A DNA stretch of 64,000 bases from an uncultured cyanobacterium. Lineage in GTDB: Bacteria > Cyanobacteriota > Cyanobacteriia > Cyanobacteriales > CAWCAG01. The DNA is taken from assembly GCA_963793425.1 (NCBI GenBank), contig CAWCAG010000005.1:704001-768000 (forward strand), read 5' to 3'. The notes beneath the pieces were generated by a model. It had not been told where the DNA came from and did no database searches. It saw nothing but the letters and a program-made list of their open reading frames with translations. Both the position numbers and the translations under genes were made by a program. Positions 61,883 through 64,000 of the stretch are shown here, piece after piece; the stretch's first letter is position 1; each line of letters begins with the position of its first letter.

Positions 61883-63184
61883 TCAACTCTCTGTCATAAT
61901 TTGCGCTGTAACTTCCATGACTGCTGGGGGAAGAGTAAAACCATCTTTGACCTTTTCAATTAGCGATCGCTGTCTAAGAGAAGCTAAAGCTTGGAGAAGA
62001 TTTTGGGGAGATACATCTGCCAAGCTTGTTTGTAATTCAGCCACGGAAATTGGTTTTTTCTTCGTTGCCATTTGACAAATAAGCTGATTTTCTAACTCCG
62101 ATAATCTGTCAAGCATTTCTTCAATAAAATCGCTGACATCATGGGTAAACAAAGTGGTAGAGAGAAAATCTGTTACATCGCCGTCGAAGACTTCTTTAAT
62201 AGTCATTGCTACGAGTTTCAACATTAAAGGATTGCCGCGATAGCCTTTAATAAGATGTACCCAATTCTTTTCTCCTGATAATCCCTTCTCCTTAAGAATT
62301 TGTCTTGCTGCTTCCCCTAAACCATCTAATTTCAGGGAACGTACTGGAGAGGTTTCTCCTTCTAATAGAGAGATTTCGTTGAGTTTTTCTTGGCAAGTAA
62401 CTAATAAGCAACTTTGGTGAGGTTCCCCTCCCACTTTTTTGAGCAGTAAGCCATAATCTTCATATCCCTCTTCATAGGTTCCCGCTAAATCACCACTACG
62501 GAGAATCGAGCCGATATTATCAAGGATCACTAAACAGCGAGAAGTGCGGAAATGCTCAATTAACCAAGCTAAACGTTCTTCTTTTGTTTCTGGTATAACT
62601 TTCTCGGTTTCCGGGGTTAAAACTTGAATTAATTCCCCCAGGAAATCTTCTATGGCTGGTGCTTGACGTAGAGAACGCCACACAACACAAGAAAATTTAC
62701 TTGCTACTTTCTTAGCTATCTTAACTGATAAAGCTGTTTTGCCGATACCTTTCATGCCTAGCAAAGCAACCAGGCGGCAACTATCCTTGATAATCCATTG
62801 CTCTAGGGTTTTTAATTCTTCTGTACGACCATAAAATACAGAAACATCTGGTGCTTCTCCCCAATCTGCGTAACGCTGAGTTGTTGAATTGTTTGAGGAA
62901 GGGAGGTAATTGTTGGCAAATCCTCCGTGGCTTGCCATGTGAGCTTGATACTGGGTTACCAAAAGTTGTTGCAATTTAGTTAACTTTACAGGGCCTCTAC
63001 CAGCAATCTGAAATTTCTGATAAACCTCACTTAATCTCTTGCGTACCGCATCACCGCTAATACCAATACTCTCAGCAATAGCAGCGGTTGACTGACCTTT
63101 CATTGCTAAAGAGAGAACCTCCAATTCACCTTTGGAAACCTTATGTTCGTCAGCTACAGCTTTGAGAAAGTCTTGGGTAATCAC
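61883..63184 (-). CDS. LuxR-like HTH plus NB-ARC (STAND) protein with no C-terminal sensor repeats
   Basis: AIAESIGISGDAVRKRLSEVYQKF HTH; DWGEAPDV, FYGR, GMKGIGKT, LVILDN and GNPL motifs. Confidence 0.88.
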   Translation of the reverse strand: MITQDFLKAVADEHKVSKGELEVLSLAMKGQSTAAIAESIGISGDAVRKRLSEVYQKFQIAGRGPVKLTKLQQLLVTQYQAHMASHGGFANNYLPSSNNSTTQRYADWGEAPDVSVFYGRTEELKTLEQWIIKDSCRLVALLGMKGIGKTALSVKIAKKVASKFSCVVWRSLRQAPAIEDFLGELIQVLTPETEKVIPETKEERLAWLIEHFRTSRCLVILDNIGSILRSGDLAGTYEEGYEDYGLLLKKVGGEPHQSCLLVTCQEKLNEISLLEGETSPVRSLKLDGLGEAARQILKEKGLSGEKNWVHLIKGYRGNPLMLKLVAMTIKEVFDGDVTDFLSTTLFTHDVSDFIEEMLDRLSELENQLICQMATKKKPISVAELQTSLADVSPQNLLQALASLRQRSLIEKVKDGFTLPPAVMEVTAQIMTES

Positions 63185-63432
63185 AGCGCACGCTCACACT
63201 CAAAAGAAATATATTTGTCTAATTTTAACCTATGGACTGTGAGAGATAAGCATTTTGTCTTGGTAATTCAAAGCTATTTACTTTGTAGTACACTTAGCGC
63301 TTGACATTATTATATATGTGAGAGAGAATGATTTTGTACTCACACGAATGAAAATATCTACTAACTTCGGGAAAGACAGGGTACAAGAATGTAGTACAGA
63401 AGTTATTAAGTATAGATTACCTCGGCAGAACC

Positions 63433-64000
63433 ATGAAAATTTTTTTAACCAGTCAAGTTTTTACTCAACCATCCCGGCAACTATTAGGAGGCTTAGTGAT
63501 AGGTGTATCCCTTACGTTACTGGCTATACCGGAGGCGAAGGCTGCGGACTTTCGTACCATAGATGGCATAGATAATAACCTTAGTAACCAAGATTGGGGT
63601 AGTAGCCACACTCAACTATTACGTTTGACACATCCTAGTTATCAAGACGGTATTTCTGAACCCAGGGGAGGAGGCATCAACGCAGCCTTGCAACTTCCTA
63701 GCCCTCGTGCCGTTAGCAACGCCGTTTCAGGACAATCTGGCTCAGTTTTTAATAGTTTAGGAGCAAGTGATTTCCTTTGGCAGTGGGGGCAATTTGTGGA
63801 TCACGATATTGATATCACAGAAGGGGGTGATACTCCAGAAGCGTTTAATATTCTTGTACCTTCAGGAGATCCGTTTTTTGATCCCCATAATACAGGAACC
63901 CAAGAAATAGGACTTAACCGTTCTATTTACAACCCCTTAACCGGAACTGGTACGGATAATCCTCGTCAACAAATTAACGAAATTACAGCTTTTATCGACG
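63433..64000 (+). CDS. Secreted heme peroxidase (peroxidase-cyclooxygenase superfamily), 3' end outside the window
   Basis: Open frame MKIFL...AKA-ADFRTIDG.DNN, LLRL, LPSPRAVSN, WGQFVDHD, RQQINEITAFID; absent from the ORF track because it has no stop in the window. Confidence 0.9.
   Translation, partial: MKIFLTSQVFTQPSRQLLGGLVIGVSLTLLAIPEAKAADFRTIDGIDNNLSNQDWGSSHTQLLRLTHPSYQDGISEPRGGGINAALQLPSPRAVSNAVSGQSGSVFNSLGASDFLWQWGQFVDHDIDITEGGDTPEAFNILVPSGDPFFDPHNTGTQEIGLNRSIYNPLTGTGTDNPRQQINEITAFID

Larger units (their letters stand above)
2633..61970. repeat. Dispersed HIP1 octamers GCGATCGC
   Basis: About 28 copies counted by eye (e.g. 2633, 9265, 10582, 13047, 19733, 30043, 44531, 58442, 61963). 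Confidence 0.9.

Noticed and set aside
63380..63407. Possible cyanobacterial LexA box (AGTACAGAAGTTAT)
   Set aside because: The second half-site deviates from RGTAC-N3-DGTWCB.
63318..63575. 85-aa plus-strand ORF
   Set aside because: It overlaps the peroxidase gene out of frame.

Overview
A 64 kb stretch of a cyanobacterial chromosome: about 28 HIP1 (GCGATCGC) octamers counted by eye, psbA, and heptamer STRR repeats. It is mostly core genome: grxC-gshB, murJ, sfsA, bioF, valS, the str operon (rpsL-rpsG-fusA-tuf-rpsJ), pheA, rne-rnhB, cysteine desulfurase, folK, nadA, psbA, birA, pgeF and iaaA. Accessory genes sit between these: a 1,480-aa NLR-like NACHT-WD40 protein with a degenerate Mrr-like domain, two hybrid histidine kinases, a tandem Ser/Thr kinase pair with a PhnF-like GntR regulator, an orphan Zn-finger/RelE-like gene, a POTRA-less Omp85, an HTH-NB-ARC protein, and a secreted animal-type heme peroxidase that runs off the right edge and is absent from the ORF track. 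Other notable items are a CAAD membrane anchor inserted in ValRS, a nucleotidyl-cyclase-like motif set in a DUF3095 protein, tandem NrtR-like boxes upstream of nadA, two frameshifted genes, two deletion-derived gene remnants, and several REP-like or MITE-like repeats. I saw no tRNA, rRNA, CRISPR array or intact transposase. All family calls come from motif recognition by eye, not database searches.
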